Source: Octopus vulgaris (Eukaryota). Taken from it: 64,000 bases of DNA. The notes beneath the pieces were generated by a model. That model did no database searches. It had not been told where the DNA came from and saw nothing but the letters and a program-made list of their open reading frames with translations. Positions 28,300 to 42,421 of this stretch are shown in pieces. The stretch spans positions 19,344,001-19,408,000 of the forward strand of contig OX597831.1 of the NCBI GenBank assembly GCA_951406725.2, read 5' to 3'. Within the stretch, counting starts at the first letter, position 1. Each line of letters opens with the position of its first letter. The position numbers and the translations under genes are program-made.

Positions 28300-29340
28300 T
28301 AAGCAATTATTTTTATAATTCCCGTTAGTTTCTGGTTCTTCTGTCAACAGATCCCTTATTCCTTACTCAAAGTAGTTCCTGTCTATACTGGCGAAGAGTT
28401 ACCCCAGGTGAATTACTACATTGCTGAAGGAAAGTCTGTTTAAAGAAAGTTGGTGCCGTCGAAAAAGATGGATATCCTAAAGCGTAAGTTGGTGTGAATA
28501 TGTTGAGCGAGGCATTAATCCCCAGCCAAATACCAGTAACTTCTGCAGCGTCTGCAAAAAGTGTGGATCTGGAATAGGCACTTTACAAGACAATGCCCTT
28601 ATGGTTAGCTAGTATTGAAACCTTTGGTGGCACGCTGCCTTTAATTTGTTCGGCTAATTACAGAACGCATCCGAATTTATATCCCTGTTCGTGGGAAGAG
28701 GCTCATAAAAGACAACGACCCTCGAATCCGTCTAAATTGAAAGCATATCTTTCTTCAAGTGCAGTCCTGCTCTGGAAGTTGCTTGCAATGATTCAACGTG
28801 CTTTTTCTATGCTCATTTATATTCACACTGGTACAGATTATCTATTTTTACTTCCCTGTTGCATTTCTCTTCAAAGAACGATCGGCTTGTTACAAGCTTC
28901 TGCAACCAATCACAAATATACATTATCTGAGTTGATGAGGGATCCAACTATCGAGTCTGCTGCCGTTTGCAAATGTTTGCAGTTTGTTTTTCAACCTTCG
29001 ATTTGGATTTATGGGGAATACCTACGATCATCCTGTTCGTATAAATGGGACTTTTGTCGCAGGGTGATAACAGCTGGCTGGAGAGAGTGAGGTGCAACTT
29101 GAACGGAAAACAATTCTTGATCGTAAACTTGCACACCATATTTAGCATGCACGTTCTGCTTCAGCATCCTCTCTGCACACAAGACATATCTTGCTGCAGG
29201 TTTCCACTGCTTTCTTACAACTTCTTTTTTAAAATCACCCAAGAGGCATGAGGTGCTGATAATGTTCGTTTTTGGTTCTCCATCTTCAGGGTGATCACAA
29301 TCACAGAAAATACTTCCTTCCTCGTGGCAAGTTCGTTTCG
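28300..29340 (-). pseudogene. Heavily degraded mariner transposase remnant
   Basis: Minus-strand pieces MENQ, GLHLKKDMLSI*TDSRVVVFYELLPTNRDINSDAFC and TYSHQLTL*DIHLFR match the mariner motifs LHPKKVMLSVWWD..G..YYELLP..INS..YC and PYSPDLAPSDYHLFR. Confidence 0.75.
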
Positions 29341-30387
29341 AACTGCGTTAATGTGTCAGATATAGAATGATAACGCATGCCCTATAGATAAAAAATTATA
29401 CGGTCTCAGGTAACTAATGTGTATGTATGACTAAAGTAAAATCAGAAGGCGAACTAAATTTGGCCAGCCAAATATATGCATTTAAAAAAACAAAACAGCA
29501 AGATTGGGAACCATCTTTCTGTAAATTCGAAATGAGCATTTAAGTCCATTTTATATGTTGGCAAGTAACAGAGTAGAGTCATTTTTATAGTTCTCTTAAC
29601 AATTTCTTTGTATTATTTTTCTTTATGGAGCAGTGATATTCTGAACATTTCAAGCAGCAAAGACTAATTTTTAAAGCAATGAATATCATTTCAGAAAACT
29701 AAGAACTGTTAATGTCTCAAAGGAATTTTGGCAATTTGGTTATAATGTTTCCGATAACTTAATCTTTCAAGAGGAGAAATATATACGAAAATCATATTCG
29801 ATGTATAGTGTGACTGGCGATCAACATAACGAATTATATAGTGACTAATATGCGTGTGTATGTATCTATGTATGTATGTATGTATGTATGTATGTATGTA
29901 TGTATGTATGTCTGTATGTATGTACGTACGTAATTATATATTTACATATGTATATATGTATGTATATATATAATGGAACAAAAATGAAATAGAGGACAAT
30001 AAAACATTCGGACAATAAAACGATGCAAAGGCGGACAGGAGAAACAACAATTAGAAGAACGGGCAAAAAAGACGGGTGATTCGTGGCCTTCTTTTCTCAG
30101 TCAAGTTACCAGAAGTCCTTACTGTTTCGGGCAATTACACACGTGAGACAGCTCGATCTGGTTGCCCCACAAAAAGTCAAAGCTAAGGGAATTAGATTTT
30201 TGGTAAGAAAGCTAGCGAATGTGTACGGCAAAAAAGGCAAAACACGGAGAACATAGGTACACAATTACAAATACAAAGAAGAAAATGACTACAGGTGTCT
30301 TTCGACTGAGAACGAATTAAACTGAGTTAACGTGTATGAAGTAAAAGCCTAAAGGCAAGAACATAGGAGATGGACATAAGAGGTGTT

Positions 30388-30427
<40 letters not shown>

Positions 30428-30433
30428 CCCTAA

Positions 30434-30479
30434 GACACCTGATGAAGGCAGGACGGTATGTCAGCCGAAACGCTGTGTC
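30434..30479 (+). ncRNA. Minimal type I hammerhead motif next to (TA)n (PLE-type)
   Basis: gacac-CTGATGA-a-ggc..gcc-GAAAC-gct-gtgtc; 5-bp helix I; the cleavage triplet appears mutated (GCT). Confidence 0.75.
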
Positions 30480-30917
30480 AACAACAAACAAGATGAGAAC
30501 AAATATCCGTCAAATGTAAATAATTTAAATAATGTTTGTGATGTTTGCCAAGCAAGGAGAAGAAAGAAGAAATAAGAAAACAGTTTAAGAAAGAGGGGGG
30601 GTAAAGACGTTTAATTTCGGACTTGTTTTTTCAATAACATGTGACCTTTTAGAGTGGGGAAGGAAAAGAAATGTTTATATTTGAATAGGTTTTGGTCTTT
30701 AATTGAATAAACAGATGTTTCTCTCTAACTATAAACGACTTTTTGATAAATCCGATAAGGGAAGAAAGCGTTAAAAGCGTAAATAAAATGTAAATAAAAA
30801 CACATATATATATACATAATCATACAACAGTCTCACTACCATATTTTTCTAAATATACAATATCTGTACATCACTTGAAACACACCCTCTCTCAGTATAT
30901 GTATGTATGTATGTATA

Positions 30918-30992
<75 letters not shown>

Positions 30993-30994
<2 letters not shown>

Positions 30995-31092
30995 CGGGAA
31001 GCTTTATGAAAATAAACAAAAGACGAAGGCTGGTGGAATATAAACAAACAATTGTATTAGTATGGCGCTCAGGAATATAAATAAAACAAATC
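30993..31092 (-). mobile_element. Family A fragment within (TA)n
   Basis: aaaataaacaaaagacgaaggctggtgga..attagtat..cgctcaggaata matches 50018-50110. Confidence 0.8.
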
Positions 31093-31325
31093 TTATATAT
31101 ATATATATGTATGTATGTATTCACAATTAAGTTAAAGCTATTATTTAATGATTTATTGGCGGCCAGCGTACTAACAGGACCATATTAGTTCATATGTATA
31201 TAAGTATAATTATTTTACATTTTCTATTTGTTATAATTATATACATATATATATATGAGGTTCTGCGTTCTATAGCCTTGCGCTTGTGAGTGGTTTTTGT
31301 AAACGAAAACTGAAAGAAATATGTC

Positions 31326-31363
<38 letters not shown>

Positions 31364-31609
31364 TTATTATATAAAAATAAACAATTACTAGCTTAACAAT
31401 CTCCATTTTCATTTTCTTTTTCTTCTTTTATATGAATATAAACTATATTGTTTTGTAAATATACCGAAGTCAATTTTTCTCCCCTAAAACACTTCAAGGC
31501 GATGCTCCAGCATTGCCGTAATCAAATAACTGAAAAACACAAGAATAAAAGGATATGTATTCATAGAAGGTGGTGCTCCAGTCACCGTGGTTGATCGCTA
31601 AATCAACAA

Positions 31610-31673
31610 GTTCTTTTTCTCTTTCTTTTTATTTCCTCGTGTTCTTTTCTGTTGAAGAACGTAGGCTCAAAAC

Positions 31674-31676
<3 letters not shown>
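31610..31676 (+). mobile_element. Family A fragment ending at its hammerhead-like motif
   Basis: tttt-CTGTTGA-a-gaac-gtag-gctc-AAAAC-GTA followed directly by (TA)n. Confidence 0.65.
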
Positions 31677-31719
<43 letters not shown>

Positions 31720-31844
31720 TAGCCTCATGAAGGGGTTGTTTCTTCGAAGGAAATAATAGTTCAATACCTATTAATTTGTGGGAATTAACTTTCTTAAAAT
31801 GATAGGTATGTATATATAAAAACATATAGTGTATATTCATATGT

Positions 31845-31881
<37 letters not shown>

Positions 31882-31949
31882 ATGTGTGTGTGTGTATGTG
31901 TGTGTGTGTATGTGTGTGTGTATGTGTGTGTGTGTATGTGTGTGTGTGT

Positions 31950-32079
31950 GTTTCCGACGAAGTGCTCCGCTCGAAACGTCAAACTCTCCTTCTTTCCTTC
32001 TTTCCTGAGCGTCCAATAATACTATATATGTTCCACGTCCTCGCGTTGTTGTGTTTTTTGTGCTTTCATGTTTGGATTA

Positions 32080-32083
<4 letters not shown>
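31950..32083 (+). mobile_element. Short element related to family A with a minimal hammerhead-like motif
   Basis: gttt-CCGACGA-a-gtgc-tcc-gctc-GAAAC-GTC-aaac (31950-31984), then ttcctgagcg; flanked by (TG)n and (TA)n. Confidence 0.65.
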
Positions 32084-32113
<30 letters not shown>

Positions 32114-32122
<9 letters not shown>

Positions 32123-32456
32123 AAGTAAATAAGAGGGCTAGCGGCAGGCTGTTTCGCCTCATACCGAAGGAATTAGAAATGGCAGTCTACTCCGATTTTG
32201 TGTATGTGAGCCGCACGGGCCTTCGTTTTTGGAATCTCCACTTACAGAAAATGGAAAAAACAGTCTTTGACTGCCATTTCTAATTCCTTCGGTATGAGGC
32301 GAAACAGCCTGCTGCTAGCCCTCTTATTTACTTTACTATATACTGAACCTTACAAAGTTCCTGACGATAAATTTGTCGTATTTACATACCGAAATTTACC
32401 GGTAAATAATTGTTGGTTACATGAAAAACCACAGAAAAATTATTTACCATTTTTAT

Positions 32457-32460
<4 letters not shown>
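32114..32460. mobile_element. (TA)n-anchored element with 74 bp inverted arms and a ~120 bp extension
   Basis: Arms 32114-32187 / 32269-32342 (1 mismatch), 81 bp spacer, extension running to (TA)n. Confidence 0.75.
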
Positions 32461-32498
<38 letters not shown>

Positions 32499-32689
32499 CT
32501 TTATATTAGATTAACTTTATATATATATATATATGGTGATGGTTAAATGGTTTTGATTGAGTAAGTATATAATAATAAAAGGAGTAAAATACCCTGAAAA
32601 TTTACCTTCAACAAATGAAAGCAAGTATTTGCAACATTTATCTATGATAAAGTTCGCTAGTTCTCAGAGAATGAGTATATGATTTTAAC

Positions 32690-33506
32690 ATGGTAAAATG
32701 CAAGCAAGAGAAATAATATTCTTATTGCTATAAACCTGGAAAATTACACGTCCAATTATTACATTTGGCCAAGCACAGGATAACTTATCATATCTAGTAA
32801 AGTACAGAACAAAAGTATTACATAAAATATTGCAGCTAAGGATAAAATTTCAAATAAAATATTTAGATTTCGAAAATACTAGCTTTTACTAAAATTAGAA
32901 ACTATATTCTATGTGTTATTACCCGTTCTTTAAAAATGAAAAATACCTGAATTCAAATATTTTTGCACTTTCAAATGTTCTTTTTTTATAATTATTAATT
33001 ATTAATTGGAAATTTGAAAATAGGTTATATAAATAAGTATTAGTACATAATTAGCTAGTACAATAAATAGAATATTAGTTATATATTACAGTAATATATA
33101 GAGTTGTTGCTTAAGTTATTGCCAAGTCTTCACAGTTTTAGCATTGACTCAATGCTTATTTTCTACATAAGGAACTTGCCTACTACATATTCTTTTCTAC
33201 TTTGCACGAAACGTTAGCTATACTGTTACTTCTGGCTTTCATTTTTAAGCATTCTAGTGTGTCAATATTTTACCAGCATAATGATACGTTTTTCAATTAT
33301 AGTGTTAGTTCATAAATTAAAATAAAATAATTCTTAATATTCAAATAATAATGCTTAGCTGCAATATTCTAAGTAAAAGTTTTCTTGTTCTGTACTTTAC
33401 CAGATGTATTAAGTTGTCCTGAACTTTTCCAGGTGTAATAATTTGTCCTGTAATTCCCGGGTTTATAATGTTAGGAATATTATTTCTCTTGCTCTCATTT
33501 TTCCAT
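32690..33506. repeat. Old diverged inverted repeat (~150 bp arms, ~510 bp spacer)
   Basis: gcaagagaaataatattc...gtaaagtacagaacaa...aatattgcagctaag (32690-32840) versus cttagctgcaatatt...ttgttctgtactttac...gaatattatttctcttgc (33354-33506). Confidence 0.75.
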
Positions 33507-34807
33507 ATAATCCATGTTTATCCAGACCATGCGATTATGCTAATTAATAATGTCAAATGTGTCAATTAGCAGTGTCGTTGATAACTTTTCCCTTATCGAA
33601 ATGACGCGGGTGACATGTATTAAAAGTCCCTTTATAGAAATATATTCCTAAAAATGTATAGAACTATTTTACCACCCTCAAATTTAAGAAACAAACACTC
33701 ATAACATTTCCCTTTCAAAACTTCATTGCATGCTATTGATACTGTGAACATTCGCCAAATGAGATCTATCATTTAAGCTTAATTATTATATAATTTGTTT
33801 TTAAAATAAAAAGTTAACAATACTTAAATCCAATTTATGGCCTTCTATTTTTTGCATGATATTTTACCTCAGAACGTTTTTGATATAAATTTTTATTGCA
33901 TGAGACCAAAACTATGAAATCCTTCATCGTTTCTTCTATCATTGAAGCTAAGATAAACATATTTTGCTTTAAAAAAAAAGTTATTTAGATTTAAATTGGT
34001 TGGTATTGCTACTTACTCTCCTAAAATGTCGCTAAAAATGTTTGATGTAAATTTTTTTCTACTGGATCAAATCTCGATTTCGTTATACTAAAATATAAGC
34101 TAGGAACCCGTCCTCTTCAAAAATGTTTATAGTTTGCAATTTGGTTAATAACAGAATTAGCGACAAGCTCTGAAAGAATATTATTCAAGAATATTATTCA
34201 ACTACTACCGTAGTCGAATGATTACCATGGTGTACGAATTATGCAGTATCAGTTCATAAGATACTTAGAATACTATTTATCTTTTATCCTTATCTCTATT
34301 TTCAGGCAACACCTTGAAAGTTTTACAGGAACAAGTCGTCCACAATGCTTATTTGTTTCAAGTCTGGGACTCATTCTATTTGTATCACTTTTGCAGAAAC
34401 GCTAGGTTACTGGGAGGTAAATAAAACCATTTTTAGTTGTCAAGCACCGATGAGGGACAAACACAACTCATATAAAATGACACCCACACAGGTTCGTGCA
34501 AAAGTAGGTATACTGTTATGTAAAAGAAAACACGAACAATACACATTTATTTTAGTCAAAATCTTAAAAGCCATGATGAAACAATTATTATTATTATGAT
34601 AAATGCATTGTTATGATTAATGACCAAATGCTGCCAACTAATTTAAGGTGCTAATAGTTTTAAATATTATAACATTAACGTGATACTTCCAGTGAATCTA
34701 TTTTTGCACACCCTGTATATATATATATAATAAATATTAGGGAATAAATCCAAATTTACAGGGAAGAATCAGATTTAGGATTGAATCCACTTTTATAGTA
34801 AAATATA

Positions 34808-34997
34808 ATATAATATTAATTAGAGACAAAACCACTATTATGCAAATCAAACAAAGAAAGACTTAATCCAATACATAAAAAAATTTATATAAATTAAATA
34901 TAATTAATCTTAATTATATTTAATTTATATAAAATTTTTTATGTATTGGATTAAGTCTTTCTTTGTTTGATTTGCATAATAGTGGTTTTGTCTCTAA

Positions 34998-35009
<12 letters not shown>
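34808..35009. repeat. Near-perfect ~200 bp palindrome (2-nt loop) abutting (TA)n
   Basis: Arms 34808-34907 / 34910-35009. Confidence 0.95.
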
Positions 35010-35059
<50 letters not shown>

Positions 35060-35221
35060 GATATACATACGACAGGTTGTTTTTTGCCTTCCTTTATCGG
35101 GGATTGAACACGGAACCGTCTCGTTTGGAAGCAAACTTCGCAGCACACAGCAACACTTGCACCAGTTTGTTCACACTTGCATTATAGACTTAAATGAATT
35201 TCGACATCTTTTCCAATGATA

Positions 35222-36505
35222 CGGGGGGCAATAAGTAATGCCCCTGACCCACTTCCCATAACAGTAGAGCAACGACACTTGGCACAGTTATTAGTCTTCT
35301 TTTACATAGGAACCACCCAGAGTTACGCATTTCTCCCATCGTCTGATGCAGCTCTAGAGACTGTTTTTGTAGAAGACCCCAGCTTGGTCCTCCAACCACG
35401 ACCTAACTTCAGAAATCAAGGCTGCATCATCTGGGAAACGCTTTCCTTTCAAAAACAACTTCATGGCTGGGAAGAGGCGAAAATCCGAGGGTGCAAGGTC
35501 AGGAGAGAAGGGCGTTGGGGGAGGAGTTCATAGCCGCACGCCTGTGCTTCTGATCTGGCGACCATCGAGTTGTGGACCGGAGCGTTGTCCTGCAGGAGGA
35601 GGAGGATGCCTTTGCTGATCTTGCCCCGCCTCTTGATTTTGATAGCTTCTCTTAATTTCCTCAAAAGTGAAGCATAATAGGCTCTTGTAATTGTGATACC
35701 CTTTGCCAGGAAATCTGTCATCACTACTCCGTCCTGGTCCCAGAAGACTGTGAGCATGACCTTGCCATCGGAGGGCTGCACCCTTGCCTTCTTTGGAGGA
35801 GATGAGTCACGGTGCTTCCACTGCATTGACTGGGCTTTAGTCTCTGGATCATGGTGATGGACCTAGGTTTCATCCTGTGTAATCAGTCTTTTGAAAAATT
35901 TTGACTCATCTTCATGGCACATCTCCAAATTCATCCTCGAGCACTCTACGCGTTCTTGCTTCTGGAAAGGTGTGAGCAACATGGTAATCCATCTGGCAGA
36001 CACCTTTTGCATATGCAAATGGTTATGAATGATAGTTTCCACAGACCCGGTACTAATCTTGACCTCATGGGCTATTTGGCGAATAGTTATGCGTCGATCT
36101 TCCAAAATGGCAGCCTCAACTTGACGGACAGATGCCTTATCAATGGCAGAAGGAGGGTGACCAGATCTGGGGGCTGTATCCACAGAGTTCCGACCATGTT
36201 TGAATTCACGATGCCGGCGTTTTACAAGGTCATATGATGGGGCATCATTACCATAAGTTACTTTCATTTCATCAAAAGTCTCCCGTGGTGTGCGTCCTTT
36301 TAAATACAAAACCCGGATCACTGCTCGACACTCAACAGGCTCCATTTCACACTTGACTCAGTTCAAACACCTGTAAATCAGAAATAGTTTAGAGCTGTAA
36401 TTTGCCACGTAATCTATAGAGATATAAATAATTGCACATGCAAAATTTCAGCAAGGTCAAACAACTACAAATGGGTCAGGGGCATTACTTACTGAACGTC
36501 CCTCG
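35222..36505 (-). mobile_element. Full-length mariner transposon with a defective transposase
   Basis: TA-flanked TIRs (taagtaatgcccctgaccca / tgggtcaggggcattactta); ORFs 35863-36345 and 35461-35826 show RAVIRVL, PRSGHP, VSARWI, ITQDET*VH, KVMLTVFWD, QDNAPVH. Confidence 0.95.
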
Positions 36506-38364
36506 TATTTCTCCCTCGGAGATTTTTAACATTTTTCCTGAAGCATTTTACTAGTGGTTTTATCTTTGTTTGACCTGCAAGAAATCAGCAATCGCATCCC
36601 CTTCAAATTGCACACAACTTTCGAAAGATAAATGAGGTAAAATCTCAACGGAAAATCCTGTATCCTAGCCCTTGTGCCTGCAGAAATGATAGCCATTTCT
36701 AAATTGAATAACAAATTACAGCTCTAGACGAAAGAAAGGAGGACACGCCGATTCAAAGAAGGATCATTTATGTTTCGGGAATGGTAAAGAGATCAAACCA
36801 GTCCTTATGATCTTGGATAAAGAAAAAAACAGCCTCTTAATAAAGAAGGATTATAAAAGTGACGGATGGGTCACGCGTGGAATTATTTTTGCCATAAAAC
36901 TGCTTGATATTAGCGTCGTTTCAGGACAAAAGTACATAAAATCAACTGCGTTTCTGTCAATTAGGGACATATACGTCGCAAATCCACACTTGGAGAAAAT
37001 TATTTTTATCAATACTTTGCATCATTTCGTTTTTCAAATATCTCACATTTTATTTGTTTTTTATGACTGAAAATCATTAGTTGTGTTCGTGTTAATGATC
37101 TTACGAAATTAATGTTTTGAAATAAATATTTAAAAATATGCTCAATAATAAAAGAAAATATTCTATTTGCAGTGATCTTTAAAAATACTTTACTATATTT
37201 GTTATTTCTATTATGGCGTTAGCGTAATATAATCAAACCTAAAAATTGTGAGAATTTAATTAACTCAACTTGACAATATAATTCGCCAACATTCCTTGCC
37301 AAACAAGCGATGAAAATCGTATGATTTGAAAATAAGACTCAAATTTGTCAGAGACTCGTAGAGACGATATTTGAAGTGTCTTGCATGACAGCAATCAACA
37401 TCAAATTATACTCCATAATTTATAGTTGGACATGGCAATTAAAGCATTATGCTAACATCACCGAAGGTTGTTCACAAAGTTTTGTTCCTTATTATTATTT
37501 GGAACAGAGGGCAGTGAGCTGGCAGAATTTTTAGCACGCCAGGTAAAATGCTTAGCGCTAGCATAAAAAAAACAATCCTTTCTAAACCAATGGAATGCCC
37601 AAGCATCAGTAAATTGGCTTTAATATATAATCTTCATCTTATCATTTTACACTCTTTATATTCCATTTCCCACCTCTTTTTTACTTTATCTACTCGCTTA
37701 GGTTTGATATACTGAAAAATAATGGCATCATAATCTGCAGAAAATTTCAGACACGACTTTTTAGAAGAATTCTGGTGTCTTCTATGTCAGGCTAATTTAC
37801 TGAAAGGAATTGGTAGAAAGCATTAAGTGAAAATCCTTCGACGTAGTTATAAAAAAAAAAAAAAACTTTTATTTTCTCTTTCACTCAAAGAATGATACCC
37901 TTATTTATTAACAGAGTGATAATATTCAATTCAGCTCGAATCAAATCCAATATATAACTGGTATGTTATTCGATGGTATAAATGGTGCACGGGCGCATTA
38001 GAATTATCCCAATTTCAACAACGCATCTACATGAGAAAGTGATTTTAGTGCATTAAGGCATGTATATATTATAAATTTGTTTGTAGGACGCCGGATGAAA
38101 TCTGAGACAATTTCCTAAGAATAAAAATGGGTTTTATGTACTATCTAATCTTTATGCTATGAAATACATTGTTTTCACTATCTGTGGAAAGAAAATATAA
38201 CTGACTTCACTAAGATTTCAATTCAGGACAAATGCGAACGAAACTAAAACGTCCTTGCATGCATTTCTTACAGCTTGTGCTTCTTTTCCCTATATTTTAA
38301 ATAAATAATACATATTCTAATATCCTTATAGTGCAGTTCACTTAGCTAGCGAAAATGAATAGGA

Positions 38365-38545
38365 CCTGTATTTCAAACGTCCAACCTTGTCAAGTCCTGC
38401 GTCACGCTAAATCTCCCTGAGAGCTGTATCAACAGTGCGCATATCTGCGGAGTATTCAGCCACTTGCACGCTAATTTCAGTTGCAGGCTATTCCGTTGAT
38501 CGGATGAAACTGGAACCCTCGCCGTCGTAAATGACGGCGAGTCTG
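38365..38545 (+). mobile_element. SINE-B 3' fragment
   Basis: cagccacttgcacgctaatttc..gcaggctattccgttgatcggat..actggaaccctcg. Confidence 0.8.
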
Positions 38546-38881
38546 TATTGTAAACCATAAATCGATAAATAAATTATTATATAATGCAAATTGTACATCT
38601 TGGGTTCAATGTTGTATGAGATGGTATGTTTGCATCATTAATTCCTCTGACACCGGCTCCTCAATTACATCATCTTACATCAGCATTTTCTCTTTCCTCT
38701 CATCATTAAGAAATTACATCCATTTCTTATTATCTGTTTTTCAATCCAATTATGCCTTAACTCTTTGTCTACACTCTTCTATAACAACTCTCACATTTTC
38801 CACTTTGCAATATTGCCTACATTATATACTCACCTTCATATCCCACCGTTCTTCTAATGATACTATCTCTCTCTCTCTCTC

Positions 38882-38929
<48 letters not shown>

Positions 38930-40599
38930 GTTTTCACTGCATCACTTATTACCTTTTCTTCTTCTTCTTCTCCTAATCAACAATACCTCCACTCTCTCTC
39001 TCTCTCTCTCCCTCTTTCTCTCTCTTTTATTTCTCTTTTATTCTCTCATTTATTCCCACTTCTGACATCCTGATTTATCCTCTCATTGCAAGTATCATAC
39101 TTTCTCTTTCCCCTGTTAGGCTAGTTTTCTTATATCCCCCTTCTTTTTCTCTCTCTTGCATTTTCCTTTCTATCATTCTCTTTACCAATCTCTTCACTGA
39201 TAGTTTATCTATTTCATCGTCAAAATCGGAGAAATTTATTGAAAATTAGAGATAAATTAATATATCTATTTTCCATTTCATTCAAAGCAGCCGACAGAAC
39301 AATATTTGCCTAATGAACGCAAATGAGATAGAACATTACGTCTATTATGAACAAACTGAACTAGGACTTCCACAAATAATATGATGCAATGTTATTGAAA
39401 CTACATTTTCATTCAAAACTGTATTCTCATTAATATATAAGAAAAAATTCAGTAAAATAAATTCATATTTAGCACGAATATCTGTTTATAGATGTAAATT
39501 TTAATCAATCTCTCTAGCAAGGTATCTATAGATCTCTATATCTGTCTATCTAGCAAGATATCAACTATTTTATCTACCTATCTATCCACGTATATATCTA
39601 TTCATCTATCTATCTGTTAACCAATCTATCTCACTCTCCACCTCTTTACCAATTTACGTATTCCATTCAATATCCTTATATAACACTACACAAAGGGTTG
39701 GGGACTAAAAGAGTCGTAGATCGCTCAATTGAGTAGATTATTAAGTTATTTTCTGTCATTAGTTCAAATCCCACGGGAACAAAGGAATACAACTTTACGT
39801 TTTTATCATTTCTGGATCGATAAATAAAGTCGAGAGGTGGGTTCGTTTCTTCTTTTATTTATGTTTTCCATCGCTGTAAACCGTCCTCCAGCCTGGACGC
39901 ATTGAATATCCGATTTGCATTTAGAATTGCGTTACACCTACTACTACCAGTAGCAGATGTAATTCTTCTCACAAGAACTAATTCAACTGGGCTTACAATT
40001 GAATATGTATGTATGTATGCCTGTATTATTGTTTATAAGTATGCATGTATGTATGTATATCGTTATATATGTGTGTGTATATATATATATATATTTGTGT
40101 GTGTGCGTGTTTTTGTGCGTGTGTCTATGGATATATAGACATTTGCCCACTCACAAAGTTTCCTACGAAATTCGATTACCGAACTGGCTAGAAAAAAGTA
40201 TTCTGCAGAGAAGCAGAACTTAGATGTTGTCTGAATACTAAATAACAACTCGGTGTCCCGATTGAGATTTCAGTGTTAAAGCTCGCTTAAACTTGTGTCA
40301 GCAAAGATTATTTTGGTAGACAAACTAAATAGAACTCTTTCTTCCGAAAACAACATCGTACACATATATTTTATATTAATACATACGTATGCGCATGCGT
40401 ATGTTCCTGGATGCGTTAGTGTATATGTTATTTCTTTTTTGTTTTATTTGATGCAGTGATTGGACTTCAAAGGTAAGGTATAGTCGAAGACAGATCGAAG
40501 TCTGTACTTATTTTGAAAGTTCTTATTCTACCGAGCCCGTTTTGCTGAACCGTTAAATTTTCCAGCGGCGGCGAGCGCACAAACACAAGCAGAACGACC

Positions 40600-40955
40600 T
40601 CACATTTCCGGGTTCAGTCCCACTGCGTAGCCCCTTCGGCAAGTGTCTTCTACTATAGCTTCGGACCAACAGAAGCCTTCTGAGTGAATCTGGTAAACAG
40701 AAAGTGGAAGAAACCCGTCCTACATACATGTGTGTGAGTGCCTGCGTGTATGTGTGTGCATATGTCTGTCTGTCCGTGTGTGTGCACACGACATCGCTTC
40801 CCCGTAACTTAGCAGTTCGGCAAAAGACACCACTAGAATAAGTATTAGGCTTACAATGAATAAGTCCTGGGGTCGATTTGTTAGGCCAACACCCTTTAAA
40901 GCGTTGCCCCAGCATGGGGGCAGTCAAATGACTGAAACAAGTAGAAGAGTAAAAC
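40600..40955 (+). mobile_element. SINE-A copy
   Basis: ttccgggttcagtcccactgcg..ggcaagtgtcttctactatagc..cccgtaacttagc..cagtcaaatgactgaaacaag. Confidence 0.85.
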
Positions 40956-41536
40956 AGTACAACTATATTATCAGAATATTGTCAATTGGAAACTGAGTCG
41001 CATAGGGGATGTGAACTCGAATTTCATACTAGCTGCCCAATACTTCTTCTTGGTCTGTATGGAATTGTGGGGTTGGGGAGTTGTGTGAATACATGTGTGA
41101 ATCCGCGTGTTTTAGTGATTCTTGTGTTGCACTTATGAGCAGGATATCGTAGGGTTCGATTCCCAGAAAGGTTACTATTTTCATTTCATTCTTGCTTTTT
41201 TCCTTCTTAACTCAGAATGACTTGTCGATCACTACTAACATTAATGAGCTTTGTACATTCAAACTAACTGATATACAATTTTAATATTACTGACTGCCAT
41301 GAACATTGAAACTTGTATCTGTCCTCCTAATTCATAATGCTAAATCTATCTGTTTTGGGCATTTTAATTTGTCAACGTTGAAACTTTTAAAGATGTTTAC
41401 CTAATTCATAATTCTAAACTTTTGCCATTGATAAACAAAAAATATTGTTGAAACAAATTTGGTATATATGTGAATAAATGTATTTTAAACATTTACAAGT
41501 TTTTCAAATTTAGGTGCATTTCAACAACACATTTGC

Positions 41537-41654
<118 letters not shown>

Positions 41655-41667
41655 GTATATATGTATA

Positions 41668-41700
<33 letters not shown>

Positions 41701-41725
41701 TTACATATATATATATATATATATA

Positions 41726-42230
41726 TACAGTGGACATTTAAACATTTATACACATAAAAGGTATCAATCATAGGATACCTTGCACACTAGATAGGATAGC
41801 CAAAATCCAAACCACTATTAGGGATAAATTCCGAAGGGAATGAAAGATAAGAACATTTACCATCTAATTTCTGGCTTTAAATTAGTAAATAAAATAATTT
41901 TATAAAAGCGAAGTATATGTATATACAGAAATAAAATAATAGCAAATTATTTTATTTGATAATTTAAATCCAAAAACCAAGGTCCAGGAAATATATGGTA
42001 AATGATTTTATTTTTTATTCCCTTCGAAATTTATCCCTAATAGTGATTTGGATTTTGGCTATTCTTTCTAGCGTGCCAGTTATGCTATGATTGATACCTC
42101 GTATGTGTTTAAATGTACACTGTATTTGTATGAATAATATATAGTCCATTGACTAATTTTTCAACACGCTAGGTCACTCGTAGTAAAAATTTCTAAACTT
42201 TTCTTACCCTGATATTATTAATTATAAGAT
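41726..42230. mobile_element. (TA)n-anchored element with ~135 bp diverged inverted arms and a ~105 bp extension
   Basis: Arms 41726-41863 / 41995-42124 (atagccaaaatccaaaccactattagggataaatt versus aatttatccctaatagtgatttggattttggctat). Confidence 0.7.
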
Positions 42231-42248
42231 AAATATATATATATATAT

Positions 42249-42306
<58 letters not shown>

Positions 42307-42370
42307 CGTTTAAATATTTGTTGTGCAAGATTTTATTGGCTAAACTGGCAATATGACCATTCCGAAATAT

Positions 42371-42421
<51 letters not shown>

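Noticed and set aside
30080-30135. Possible type II hammerhead on the minus strand (GAAAC...CTGAGA..GGCC)
   Set aside because: Core spacing and helix I are not satisfiable.
34698-34717. Lone TIR-like end tttttgcacaccctgTA
   Set aside because: No matching partner end found in the window.
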